64,000 nucleotides of DNA, taken from IMG/VR virus record IMGVR_UViG_2926647115_000001. One strand, 5' to 3'. Below are positions 54,893-63,152 of this stretch, piece after piece. The stretch's first letter is position 1, and every line of letters starts with the position of its first letter. Under the pieces are notes generated by a model. That model had not been told where the DNA came from and ran no database searches. It saw only the letters and a program-made list of their open reading frames with translations. A program made the translations under genes and the position numbers. This DNA is from a virus (lineage: Duplodnaviria > Caudoviricetes).

Positions 54893-55203
54893 CCTTGGCC
54901 AGTGGAACCCCTTGTGCTACCTCTGACCTGCGAAAACTCCGCGGGTGGAACGGGTGTGGAACGTCGGTGCGGCGGCTGGTTCCACTGGCCAAGGTCCGCC
55001 CTGGTCGGTGTGGAACAGGTGTGGAACCCGCACCGCGGATGCCCGTGCTACCGGTGAGCTGCTGCGATGCGCCGCCAGGCCGGCATGTGGAACGGTGTGG
55101 AACCGCTCCGCGCCGGAGGGGGGTGGGTGATCGTTTCCGCAGGTCATGATCGCGTACCCCATGTCGTGTCGTGTGTGGAACCTCGGGGTTCCACTGGTTC
55201 CAC
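54893..55203. repeat. Non-coding GTGGAAC iteron-like array with nested inverted repeats
   Basis: 8 GTGGAAC plus 3 GTTCCAC; 17-bp perfect IR 54893-54909/54978-54994; 14-bp IR 54924-54937/55133-55146. Confidence 0.85.
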
Positions 55204-55218
55204 CGCATGGATATGGGA

Positions 55219-55248
55219 AGGCCCCGACACCGCGAGGTGTCGGGGCCT
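55219..55248 (-). terminator. Terminator hairpin
   Basis: AGGCCCCGACACC-gcga-GGTGTCGGGGCCT, perfect 13-bp stem. Confidence 0.8.
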
Positions 55249-55260
55249 CGGCGTGCAGTT

Positions 55261-55860
55261 TCAGTCGCGGGTGCGTCGGGTGACGTCGACGGCGCCGAGC
55301 CGGTCGAGCAGGTTGCGCAGCTGGTCGAGAGTGCGGGGCTGCTCGGCCGCGAGCGCGGCGAACAACTCGGGCACGTCGGTGAACGCGGCGAACGCGTCGT
55401 CGAACAGCGACACCTGCAGCGCGGGCCTCCCGGCGAGGTGGTGTTCCTGGACGGTGAAGTCCCATTTCACGCCGTCGCGGCCGGTGTCCGCGCTTGCGGA
55501 GATGTTGATGGCCGGTACCTCGCCCGCGTAGGCGGCGTCGGCGAACCACGCCTCCTGCTGCACGAAGTAGGTGAGCAGGCAGTCGTCGCCGATCCGGCGC
55601 GGCACCGCGGCAATCCCAGCGGGCGCGGGCCCGGTGTTCTTCCCGACCTGGCTCTCGTGCCAGGCCGCGGCCTCTCGCCACTTCCGGGTGCCTGTGGGGT
55701 GGTGCACGGTTCCGCGGGCCTCGTGGTCGTTGGCCCTACGGGCCAGTTCCCGGGCGGCCCACAGGTTGTAGGCGTCCCAGTCGGCTGGGGTGTACTCGGT
55801 GAACGGCTTGTTGCGGTGCTCGGCGGTGTTCCCGTAGGCGGTGAGGGCGGCGGTGTCCAT
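55261..55860 (-). CDS. Hypothetical phage protein
   Basis: 199 aa with AGGAG RBS; F.DAFAAF...PELF..L motif. Confidence 0.7.
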   Translation of the reverse strand: MDTAALTAYGNTAEHRNKPFTEYTPADWDAYNLWAARELARRANDHEARGTVHHPTGTRKWREAAAWHESQVGKNTGPAPAGIAAVPRRIGDDCLLTYFVQQEAWFADAAYAGEVPAINISASADTGRDGVKWDFTVQEHHLAGRPALQVSLFDDAFAAFTDVPELFAALAAEQPRTLDQLRNLLDRLGAVDVTRRTRD

Positions 55861-55923
55861 GGCGTACTCCTGTTCTCGGTGGGGGTGGTGCCGCCTCGCG
55901 TGGTGGCGGGGCGGCCGGGCGGG

Positions 55924-56793
55924 TCACTTCGCGGCGGCGGTCTCGCGGTCGTACTTGGCCTGGGCCTTGGCGAGGATCGCGTCCTGCTCGGTCTCGGGGG
56001 TGGTGCCGCGCTTGTGGGCGAGCGCGGCGGCGCACAGGCGGATCGTTTCGCGCATGGCGTCGGCGTAGCTCGAGTTCGGGTACAAGAGCAGATCTCCGGC
56101 GGCCTGGAGTGCGGCGCGGTGGGCGGCGGTCTCGGTCTTGAGGGTGCGGGTGCCGACGTAGTCGGGGATGACCAGCGGGGTGCCGTCGGGGTTGCTGATG
56201 GCCTTGGCGGCTGCTGCGGCGGCTTTCGCGGCCTTGGCGGCGGCCGCGGCTTCGCGCTCCTCGCGGGTCTTGCGTTGGTTGGGGCTTTGGATGCGGGAGG
56301 GGCGGCCGGACTCGATGATGGCGCGCTGGTCGGGGAAGCAGGTGAGGCAGGACAGCGACCCGGCGGCGTCGACGGCCTCGGCCGCGGTGGCGCCGGACAG
56401 CTCGGTGACCCAGTACCACTGGGTGCTGGCGTAGGTGTTGCGGCACCGCTGGGTGGTGTGGAGGTGGCCGTTGGTGTTGTCCACCAGGTAGTAGCGGGTC
56501 CAGCCGCCGCGGCGGTCGAACTCGTCGAGGAGGGGCCTGAGGTCACGGGCGCTGAGTTGCGCGGCATCGTCGTAGGCGCGGTCAATCCGGTGCTGCAACT
56601 CGGCGATGTTCTCCCGCTGGCGGGCGAGGGTGTCCGGGGTGACGAACTGGGCGCCGGCGTTCATGTGCTCGATGGCGCGTGCCTTCTCGCGCTGCGTCTG
56701 CTCGGCCTTGGCGTGGTGGGCGTAGATGGCGGCCGTGACGCGGGCGATCTCGGTGTCGATCTCGGCGGGGGTCTTGGTGGCGAGGCTGGTCAT
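55924..56793 (-). CDS. Conserved actinophage early protein with His/Cys motif
   Basis: TP.EID, W.RY.LV....GH.H....C..T...T...W..ELSG, C..CFP; GAGG RBS. Confidence 0.7.
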   Translation of the reverse strand: MTSLATKTPAEIDTEIARVTAAIYAHHAKAEQTQREKARAIEHMNAGAQFVTPDTLARQRENIAELQHRIDRAYDDAAQLSARDLRPLLDEFDRRGGWTRYYLVDNTNGHLHTTQRCRNTYASTQWYWVTELSGATAAEAVDAAGSLSCLTCFPDQRAIIESGRPSRIQSPNQRKTREEREAAAAAKAAKAAAAAAKAISNPDGTPLVIPDYVGTRTLKTETAAHRAALQAAGDLLLYPNSSYADAMRETIRLCAAALAHKRGTTPETEQDAILAKAQAKYDRETAAAK

Positions 56794-56811
56794 CGCGGTT
56801 CCTCTCGTCTC

Positions 56812-56855
56812 CCTGTTGCGCTTAACCTTACACAAGTTGCGCAACTTTCACAACT
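56812..56855. promoter_or_regulatory. GTTGCGCAAC operator at an early promoter
   Basis: AAGTTGCGCAACTT perfect palindrome plus CCTGTTGCG in an AT-richer intergenic gap. Confidence 0.7.
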
Positions 56856-56894
56856 GGGCGGAGGTGCGGTCCAGCACACCCCCGCCCCGGACCG

Positions 56895-58100
56895 CTACTC
56901 CTCGATCGCCTTGCAGCGGGTCAGCTGGGTCTCCTTCTGGCCGTTCCACTCCTTGTGCGCCTTGATCCAGCACTTGCGGAGGGTGAACCAGGTGTCGCCG
57001 GGCTCGTCGCCGAGCGCGTCCTTGGAGGCGAACCACTTGAACAGGTAGCCGTCGTCGGACACCAGGGTGTACACGGTGCTCGTGCCATAGGCGTTCTGGC
57101 TCCAGGACACGTTGCGCACCTGCACCCGCACCTCGACGTCCCGCTGCCCGACCGTGCCGTAGAACTCGTCCCGGACCTCGGCGCGCTCCCGCTGCCGGAT
57201 CAGGGTCTGCTCGTTGTGGCGTGCCCACGCCTGCGGCGCCGACACCGCCAGCCCCAGGTTCCAGGGGGACACGGCGTCGGCGGCGGCGATCGCCTTGAGG
57301 TTGCGCACGTACTCGCTGTCCCCGGGGAAGTCGTCGGACAGGATGAACTCGCGGATCTTGGCACCCATCCCGGCGGCCTCGGCGATCTCGGCCGCCATCT
57401 CCGCGGCCAGCTGGCGGGCGTTCTTGTTGCGCGGGTCGAGCAAGTCCCCGACCACAACCTTGGTGGGGACCCCGTTCCAGTCGTTGGCGCGGACGTAGCC
57501 GTACCGCTTGATCGCAGCCCACGCGGCGGCAAACACGGTGTCGGTGGTGAACTCGCGCGGGCAGTACCCACCGTCGCCCAGGAGCCCGTCGATCTCGTCG
57601 CGCAGGTCGTCGGCATAGACGAACACCGGGGTTGCGGTCCAGCCGAGGAAGTCCTTGATGCAGGTGGAGCCGACCTGGATCTGCTCGCCGGCTTCGTTGC
57701 GGAGCAGGTAGGTGGCCTTGCGGTGGCGGTGGGTGCGGCAGTGGCCGCACCAGCCTTCGTGCAGGCCGTCGCGATTGACGGTGTCGATGCCGGGGGCGGT
57801 GCGCACGATCAGTCCGGCGTTGGGGTCCCAGTCCAGGGTGGCGAGGAAGGTCCAGCCGTTGTAGCGCGGGGCGTCGCCGGTGATGCGGGTGTCGTAGACG
57901 ATCTCGGTGACCTGGAGCCCGCCGACCTCGCGAGTGGTTTCGCGGCGGGTGGCGTGGACCTCGATGCGGCCGGTGAAGCCGCGCTTTGCGGCGCGGGTGT
58001 TGATCTTGGCGATCTTGTTGCGGGTGGCCTCCAGCTCGTCGGCGGTGAGGTGCCAGGTGTGGGCCTGGGTCTCGGTGGTGGTGTCGAGCGTGGCGGTCAT
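56895..58100 (-). CDS. Conserved phage protein with Zn-binding motif and probable C-terminal OB fold
   Basis: C.HC...R.R...Y....QVGSTC..DFLG; C-terminal G.VG.R...YG......DG..FKW...IK.H..W.G...T.LTR. Confidence 0.7.
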   Translation of the reverse strand: MTATLDTTTETQAHTWHLTADELEATRNKIAKINTRAAKRGFTGRIEVHATRRETTREVGGLQVTEIVYDTRITGDAPRYNGWTFLATLDWDPNAGLIVRTAPGIDTVNRDGLHEGWCGHCRTHRHRKATYLLRNEAGEQIQVGSTCIKDFLGWTATPVFVYADDLRDEIDGLLGDGGYCPREFTTDTVFAAAWAAIKRYGYVRANDWNGVPTKVVVGDLLDPRNKNARQLAAEMAAEIAEAAGMGAKIREFILSDDFPGDSEYVRNLKAIAAADAVSPWNLGLAVSAPQAWARHNEQTLIRQRERAEVRDEFYGTVGQRDVEVRVQVRNVSWSQNAYGTSTVYTLVSDDGYLFKWFASKDALGDEPGDTWFTLRKCWIKAHKEWNGQKETQLTRCKAIEE

Positions 58101-58139
58101 CGGTGCCCCCTGGGGTCGGTCTCTCCGTACCCCACGAAA

Positions 58140-58200
58140 CTAACACAAGTTGTCTAACTTGCGCAACTGTTGCGACAGCTGTTACGGTCGATCCCGCAAC
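58140..58200. promoter_or_regulatory. Divergent early promoter region with multiple GCAAC operators
   Basis: CTTGCGCAACTGTTGCGAC and CCGCAACC; AT-rich; the strand of transcription switches here. Confidence 0.65.
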
Positions 58201-58226
58201 CACACACCGCACCCGGGGGTATCACC

Positions 58227-58460
58227 GTGGACCTCGCTGAACAGCTCACGAGCACCTACCCCATCAGCCTCGGCGTCGCCGCCGCCCTCATCGACGAGGT
58301 CACCAGGGCACTCACCAGCACCGCAAACCCCGCACCAGAGCTGGAAGAGATCACCGCCGAGATGCGCTGGGCCGTCGGCCACGACATCGACTGGCCGTCC
58401 GCCATCCGCGACATCGCGACCGCGTTCGGAACCACCCTCCCCGACACCGCACAGCTGTAA
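58227..58460 (+). CDS. Hypothetical protein
   Basis: GTG start with GGGGGT RBS. Confidence 0.55.
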   Translation: MDLAEQLTSTYPISLGVAAALIDEVTRALTSTANPAPELEEITAEMRWAVGHDIDWPSAIRDIATAFGTTLPDTAQL

Positions 58461-58486
58461 CCCCGCAACCGCAACAGGACACCGGC

Positions 58487-58663
58487 ATGCACATCGACTG
58501 GAAACGGCTCGCCTGGATCGCGCTGCTGATCGGCCTGGTCCTCTACGTGATCAGCCACCCCCAGCGCTCCGCCGACCTCGTGGGCGACGCCGTGAGCTGG
58601 CTCCGCCAGGCCGCGGAAGCGGTCATCACGTTCATCACCTCCGTGTTCAACCGGATCGTCTAG
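58487..58663 (+). CDS. Small membrane protein (58 aa, not in the ORF track)
   Basis: MHIDWKRLAWIALLIGLVLYVISHPQRSADLVGDAVSWLRQAAEAVITFITSVFNRIV; AGGA RBS. Confidence 0.7.
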   Translation: MHIDWKRLAWIALLIGLVLYVISHPQRSADLVGDAVSWLRQAAEAVITFITSVFNRIV

Positions 58664-58677
58664 GGACTCCGCACACC

Positions 58678-58995
58678 ATGACCACCACCGCAACCCCCAC
58701 GCCGAACGCTACGCGCGCTTCCCGCAACGGCTACTGGACCGACGAACGCCTCGCCATCTGGCGGCGGCTCACCCCGCAGCAGCGGGACTACGACCGCTTC
58801 CAGGGCTGGTACCCGCCCGGCCAGGGCACGTGCGAGACCGAAGGCGGCCGCCGCGCGATCGAGGAACGCGACGAAGCACGAGACGCCGCCACCGAGGACG
58901 AGCTGCACGTCTGCACCTGCCACGTCAACCCGCCCTGCACCCACTGCGTGGAGTGCACCGACTGCCCGGAGGCGCGCAGTGATCAGCGCGACTGA
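58678..58995 (+). CDS. Hypothetical protein with a CTCH..PPC..C motif
   Basis: C-terminal CTCHVNPPCTHCVEC. Confidence 0.6.
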   Translation: MTTTATPTPNATRASRNGYWTDERLAIWRRLTPQQRDYDRFQGWYPPGQGTCETEGGRRAIEERDEARDAATEDELHVCTCHVNPPCTHCVECTDCPEARSDQRD

Positions 58996-59935
58996 CCTGT
59001 TCGGTGGTGGCGGCGGTGCATCCGAGGGGTTGCGCCAGGCCGGCCTGCATGTGGCGGTCGCCGCGAACCACCTGCCGATCGCGATCGCAACACACAAGCT
59101 CAACCACCCGGAGACGGAGCACCGCACCGAGAATCTGCTCGAGGTGGACTGGCGCACCTTCCCCTGGACCGAGGTGCTGTGGGCATCACCGTCGTGCGTG
59201 TGGCACGCCCGCTCCGGTGGCCGCAAACGCCCCCCGGCCGAGGTCGAGTTGAAGCGCGCCGACCCGGGAGCGATCGACCGGGCGACCGCGTTCGCCGTGA
59301 TCGCGGCGGCCGAGGTGCACCGCTACCCCGTGATCGTGGTCGAGAACGTCACCGAGTTCCTGGCCTGGTCGCTGTACCGGTGGTGGCTGGATGGGCTCCG
59401 CGCGCTGGGCTACACGGTGGAAACGCTCGTGCTGGACGCCGCGGACTTCGGGCACGCGCAGAACCGGCCGCGGCTGTTCATCGTCGCCACCCGCGGTATC
59501 AAGCTGGACCTCACTCTGCCGGACATCGCGCCGGTGACGGCCGCGGACATCCTCGACCCCGACCTGGGCCGCCCGGTCACCCGCCGCCTGTACGTGTCGG
59601 ACCAGATCGAGCAGATCGACACCGAGGGCGTGACGCACCTGGTCACGTACCGGCGCAACGCGAAACCCCTGCGCGCGGACCGGCACCAGCTCGCCACCAT
59701 CACCGCCGGGGGCAATCACCACGCGATCGCCACGATCGTCGACGGCGTCCCGCACCACCGGATGCTGTCCAACCGGGAATGCGCACGTGCCCAGGGTTTC
59801 CCCGACACGTACCAGTTCCTCGGCAACAGCAAGGACGTGAAGAAGCTGATCGGGAACGCCGTCCCGGTCGGTATCGCCCGGTGGTTCGGCGAACGCGCCG
59901 CCGCCGCGCTTGACCCGTACGACCTGGCCGCGTGA
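58979..59935 (+). CDS. DNA (cytosine-5)-methyltransferase
   Basis: DLFGGGGG (I), ASPSC (IV), VENV (VI), Q.R.RLF (VIII), RECARAQGFP (IX), IGNAV (X). Confidence 0.92.
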   Translation: MISATDLFGGGGGASEGLRQAGLHVAVAANHLPIAIATHKLNHPETEHRTENLLEVDWRTFPWTEVLWASPSCVWHARSGGRKRPPAEVELKRADPGAIDRATAFAVIAAAEVHRYPVIVVENVTEFLAWSLYRWWLDGLRALGYTVETLVLDAADFGHAQNRPRLFIVATRGIKLDLTLPDIAPVTAADILDPDLGRPVTRRLYVSDQIEQIDTEGVTHLVTYRRNAKPLRADRHQLATITAGGNHHAIATIVDGVPHHRMLSNRECARAQGFPDTYQFLGNSKDVKKLIGNAVPVGIARWFGERAAAALDPYDLAA

Positions 59936-59970
59936 CGGCCAAACCACCACCAACGAAGGGAAGTGCCCCC

Positions 59971-60273
59971 GTGCTCAAGATCTACGGCGCAAGCGACGAC
60001 CTGATCGAGGTCGAGGGAGACGTGCGCGAGGAGTTCGACGCCCTTGCCACGCACAGGCTCGTGGCCGTGTCCAACGGCGTGCTGCTGCGCGTCGAGTACG
60101 ACCAGGACGGGGTGTGGCGGATCAAGCCGCTCGCCGGCGCGGACCGCGTCCACGTCGTCCAGGCCCCGGCGGGCGACGAGGACAACTACAGCGACGTCGC
60201 CACGATCGACGAGGACGTCGAGTGGGTTGCGTGCGGCGGCCAGTGGGCGGCCCGGAAGGACGGCCGCCGGTGA
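59971..60273 (+). CDS. Conserved phage hypothetical protein
   Basis: IYGASDDLIEVEG...EEF motif. Confidence 0.7.
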   Translation: MLKIYGASDDLIEVEGDVREEFDALATHRLVAVSNGVLLRVEYDQDGVWRIKPLAGADRVHVVQAPAGDEDNYSDVATIDEDVEWVACGGQWAARKDGRR

Positions 60274-60683
60274 ACCGGACGTTCCCGAACCTCGCGAGCA
60301 CCGTCGAGGAGATGCGCAAGTCCATGCAGGAGCACTACGGCGTGTGGGTGTGCTTCGTCGGCGACGACGGCGACTTGGTGGCTCTCGGCCACCACGAGCC
60401 GAAGCGTGTGCTCGCGGCTTTCAACCGCTACTGCCGGATCGAGCTGAGCATGCGAAACGTCGCGGACGACCGGGACGTGTCCTACAAGGAAGCCGCGGAG
60501 ATCCTGCGGTGGCGGCACGGGCGGTTGATCACCGCGTGTGAGTCACCTGACCACGACGATGAAATCCGGATGGGTCACAGCTGCCACCAGTGCGCACTGC
60601 TCGGCGGCGGCGGCGAGTGGTGGCTCGACTGGTCGAACCCGGAGCACCCGGACGCGTTCCCCATCACGATGTGGCAGGTGTGA
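60270..60683 (+). CDS. Hypothetical protein
   Basis: Coupled ORF (GTGA); DGD.VALGH motif. Confidence 0.65.
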   Translation: MNRTFPNLASTVEEMRKSMQEHYGVWVCFVGDDGDLVALGHHEPKRVLAAFNRYCRIELSMRNVADDRDVSYKEAAEILRWRHGRLITACESPDHDDEIRMGHSCHQCALLGGGGEWWLDWSNPEHPDAFPITMWQV

Positions 60684-61192
60684 TCGTGGTCGATCCCGAG
60701 AAGACGCGGGCTGCGGTGGACACGGTTGCCCGCCGGGTGCTGGCCGACGCTGCGCGGACCGCGCTGGAGTCCGGGCGCGTCGGCTGGGAGGACTACCCGG
60801 AGCTGGACGAACGGGACTGGATCGCTGTCACCGAACGGGCCCGGAAGCTCGCCGCCACGCTGCAGCACTCCGAGGCCATGTACGCCGAGGCGTACCGGTA
60901 CCTCGCTGCGCAGGCCGAGCCCGACGGGCATGTCACCAGGCCCGACCCGGGGGATTTCCGGGACCGGTTCATCTACGCCGTGCAGCTCGTGACCTCGCGT
61001 CAGTTCGGCGCGAAGTCGATGGTGGCGCGGAAGTTGGGCACGGGGTGGAACGAGACGGTGCGGCTGTTCGAGCTTCTGGAGGGTTGGGGCGTGGTCGCGC
61101 CGACCGTCGGGTCGATGGCCCACAAGGTGTTGATGTCCGAGGCTGACGGGCGGGCGCTCGTCGCCGAGTTGCAGAAGGGGGAACGGGCGTGA
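60680..61192 (+). CDS. Protein with a stand-alone FtsK gamma (winged-helix) domain
   Basis: YAVQLVTSRQFGAKSMVARKLGTGWNETVRLFELLEGWGVVAPTVGSMAHKVL resembles the actinobacterial FtsK-gamma pattern QFGS.SMLQRKL..G...A.RL...LE..G.VGP..GS..R.VL. Confidence 0.75.
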   Translation: MIVVDPEKTRAAVDTVARRVLADAARTALESGRVGWEDYPELDERDWIAVTERARKLAATLQHSEAMYAEAYRYLAAQAEPDGHVTRPDPGDFRDRFIYAVQLVTSRQFGAKSMVARKLGTGWNETVRLFELLEGWGVVAPTVGSMAHKVLMSEADGRALVAELQKGERA

Positions 61193-61776
61193 CGGAGGAC
61201 CGGCCGTACGTCGTGGCGGAGGTCCACGAGGGGCCGATGGACTACGCCGTGCGCCACGGGGACCGGGACGTGAAGCAGTTCCATGGCCCGAGCGCGTGGA
61301 TGCGGGCGACGACGTTGGCGAACCTGCTCAACGACGAGCTCGCCGCGCGGGCGGAGCGCACCTACGAGGACTGGGGTGTCCGGCACCGCAGCGAGGGCGC
61401 CGAGACCGTCGAGGTGCGCGACGACCGCCAGCACGCCCAGGAGTGGATCGTCGGCGGGTTCTTCGGTCCGTCGGCGGAGCTGGTGTGCCGCACCGTGTTC
61501 GTGGGGCCCTGGCGCCCCGCGCCGCCCGACACCGCGGCCGCGCCGGCCGAGGGGAAGCCACAGCCTTGCGCGGACGGATTCCACTGGGTCGGCCAGTCCT
61601 TCGACACCTGCGAACGGTGCGGCCTGCCCGCGTGGGAGCACGCGGGCGAAGCTCGGCTCGCCGACGGATCTCCGTTCACGGACGGCGGGTTTGTGCTGCG
61701 GCCGTGGGAGCCGGGCGAGGCCGACGCGATCCGCCGCAAGTGGGACCCGAGCTACGAGGGGGAACGGAACCAGTGA
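61189..61776 (+). CDS. Hypothetical protein
   Basis: Coupled ORF; WIGQ-like WVGQSF..C..CG.P.WEH motif. Confidence 0.6.
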   Translation: MTEDRPYVVAEVHEGPMDYAVRHGDRDVKQFHGPSAWMRATTLANLLNDELAARAERTYEDWGVRHRSEGAETVEVRDDRQHAQEWIVGGFFGPSAELVCRTVFVGPWRPAPPDTAAAPAEGKPQPCADGFHWVGQSFDTCERCGLPAWEHAGEARLADGSPFTDGGFVLRPWEPGEADAIRRKWDPSYEGERNQ

Positions 61777-62216
61777 ACGAGCAAACGGCACCCGAACTGC
61801 TGCACCGGTTGCGTGCCCAGCTGAACGGCTTGCTGGGGGCGCTGATCGGCCAGGGCAACCGGGTGTGCGACGAGATGCGGGACGCGATCGCCTACCTGGA
61901 CACCGAGGTACGGCCCGCGGTGGTCGCAGCGGCCCGGGCCCGCGCCGAGTTGGAGTTCGTGGCCGAGCGGTACCGGCGCGACGGCTCCGGGGTCCGGTTC
62001 TCCAAGGACCGGTGCACCGGGGTGTCCTCCGACGCGCTGGCCTGGTTCGCGGCCGGCGCGCGGCCGGAGCCGGAGCGGCACGAGTACCCAGCGGACCGCA
62101 GCGACCTCGCCGCGTGCGAGCGGACCTTCCACATGGCGCCGCCCCACCTGCAGGAGCGCATGTTGCCGGTGCTCGAGCGGTACCGCGCGGCGGTCGCCAA
62201 GGAGATCGGCCAGTGA
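61773..62216 (+). CDS. Hypothetical protein
   Basis: Coupled ORF; TG.SS..L...P.D..DL..C motif. Confidence 0.6.
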   Translation: MNEQTAPELLHRLRAQLNGLLGALIGQGNRVCDEMRDAIAYLDTEVRPAVVAAARARAELEFVAERYRRDGSGVRFSKDRCTGVSSDALAWFAAGARPEPERHEYPADRSDLAACERTFHMAPPHLQERMLPVLERYRAAVAKEIGQ

Positions 62217-62695
62217 CGGCGCGGGCGACGGTGATCCAGTCCGCGCATCCGGCGGACACGCTCAAGATGATCCGGGAGACGCTGTGCGTGGCGCAGGCCG
62301 CGCTGACCCACGGCGCGCGCGCCGCCGGGCAGCGGGCGGCCGAGCACTCCGCGCGGCTGGGGCGCCTGATCGACGACATCGACCGGCAGCGCCCGCTGGG
62401 CCCGGACGGCAAGCACGGCAACCGGCACACCGGGACCTGCGGATGCGAAGACGTCGAACCCCCACGGCACAACGAGGTCACCACCTACGACGAGGTGCGG
62501 CTCACCGGGTGCCCGGGCGCCCCGTTCCCGCACTACGACTTCACCGCCCGCACCGAGGAGCACGTGCAGGCCCTGTACCGGCTCTACGCGCACGCGCTCG
62601 GCGAGGGGAACTGGACGAACCCGCAGCTGAAGCGCCGCACTGTCACGGTGATCGGCACCCCGTGGGTGGATGACGCCCCGGAGAGAGGCGACTGA
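62213..62695 (+). CDS. Hypothetical protein
   Basis: Coupled ORF; RPLGPDGKHG.RHT..CGC motif. Confidence 0.6.
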   Translation: MTARATVIQSAHPADTLKMIRETLCVAQAALTHGARAAGQRAAEHSARLGRLIDDIDRQRPLGPDGKHGNRHTGTCGCEDVEPPRHNEVTTYDEVRLTGCPGAPFPHYDFTARTEEHVQALYRLYAHALGEGNWTNPQLKRRTVTVIGTPWVDDAPERGD

Positions 62696-63126
62696 TGGAC
62701 AGCCGATGGATGGGGCGGGGTCCGGCGCTCGGGTACGTGTCCGCGGTTGCGGCACTGTTCCTGGCTGGTTGTGACGCCGCCCCGCCGCCGGACGCCCAGT
62801 ACGGGGCCGTGTGCGTCGATCAAGCGACTGGGAACCGGCTCGACGACGACGCGTGCGGCGACTGGGACGACACCGGTCACACCAGCCACCCGGGCATGTT
62901 CTTCCTGTGGGTGCCGATGTCCAACGGCGCCACGGTGATCCCGCCGGTCGGGCAGCGGGTACCGGGCAACGTGGGCATCCGCCGTGTGCCGTCCGGGGCG
63001 CCTGTTGCGAAGGGGATGCCGAAGACCGGCGGCACCGTTTCGCAGATCCAGCGCGGTGGTTTCGGCGTGAAGTCCGGTGTGTCGGGTGGGGCCGGTGCGA
63101 AGGCCGGCGGGAGCGCTGGGTCATGA
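62695..63126 (+). CDS. Lipoprotein with Gly-rich RGGFG tail (DUF1190-like)
   Basis: LAGC lipobox; CVD..T..R.DD..C; RGGFG tail. Confidence 0.7.
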   Translation: MDSRWMGRGPALGYVSAVAALFLAGCDAAPPPDAQYGAVCVDQATGNRLDDDACGDWDDTGHTSHPGMFFLWVPMSNGATVIPPVGQRVPGNVGIRRVPSGAPVAKGMPKTGGTVSQIQRGGFGVKSGVSGGAGAKAGGSAGS

Positions 63127-63152
63127 TCGAGGTTCGTAACAAGGGGGAACGG

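Noticed and set aside
54893-55203. CRISPR array
   Set aside because: Repeats are 7-8 bp, irregularly spaced and in both orientations; no 25-40 bp repeat-spacer periodicity and no cas genes
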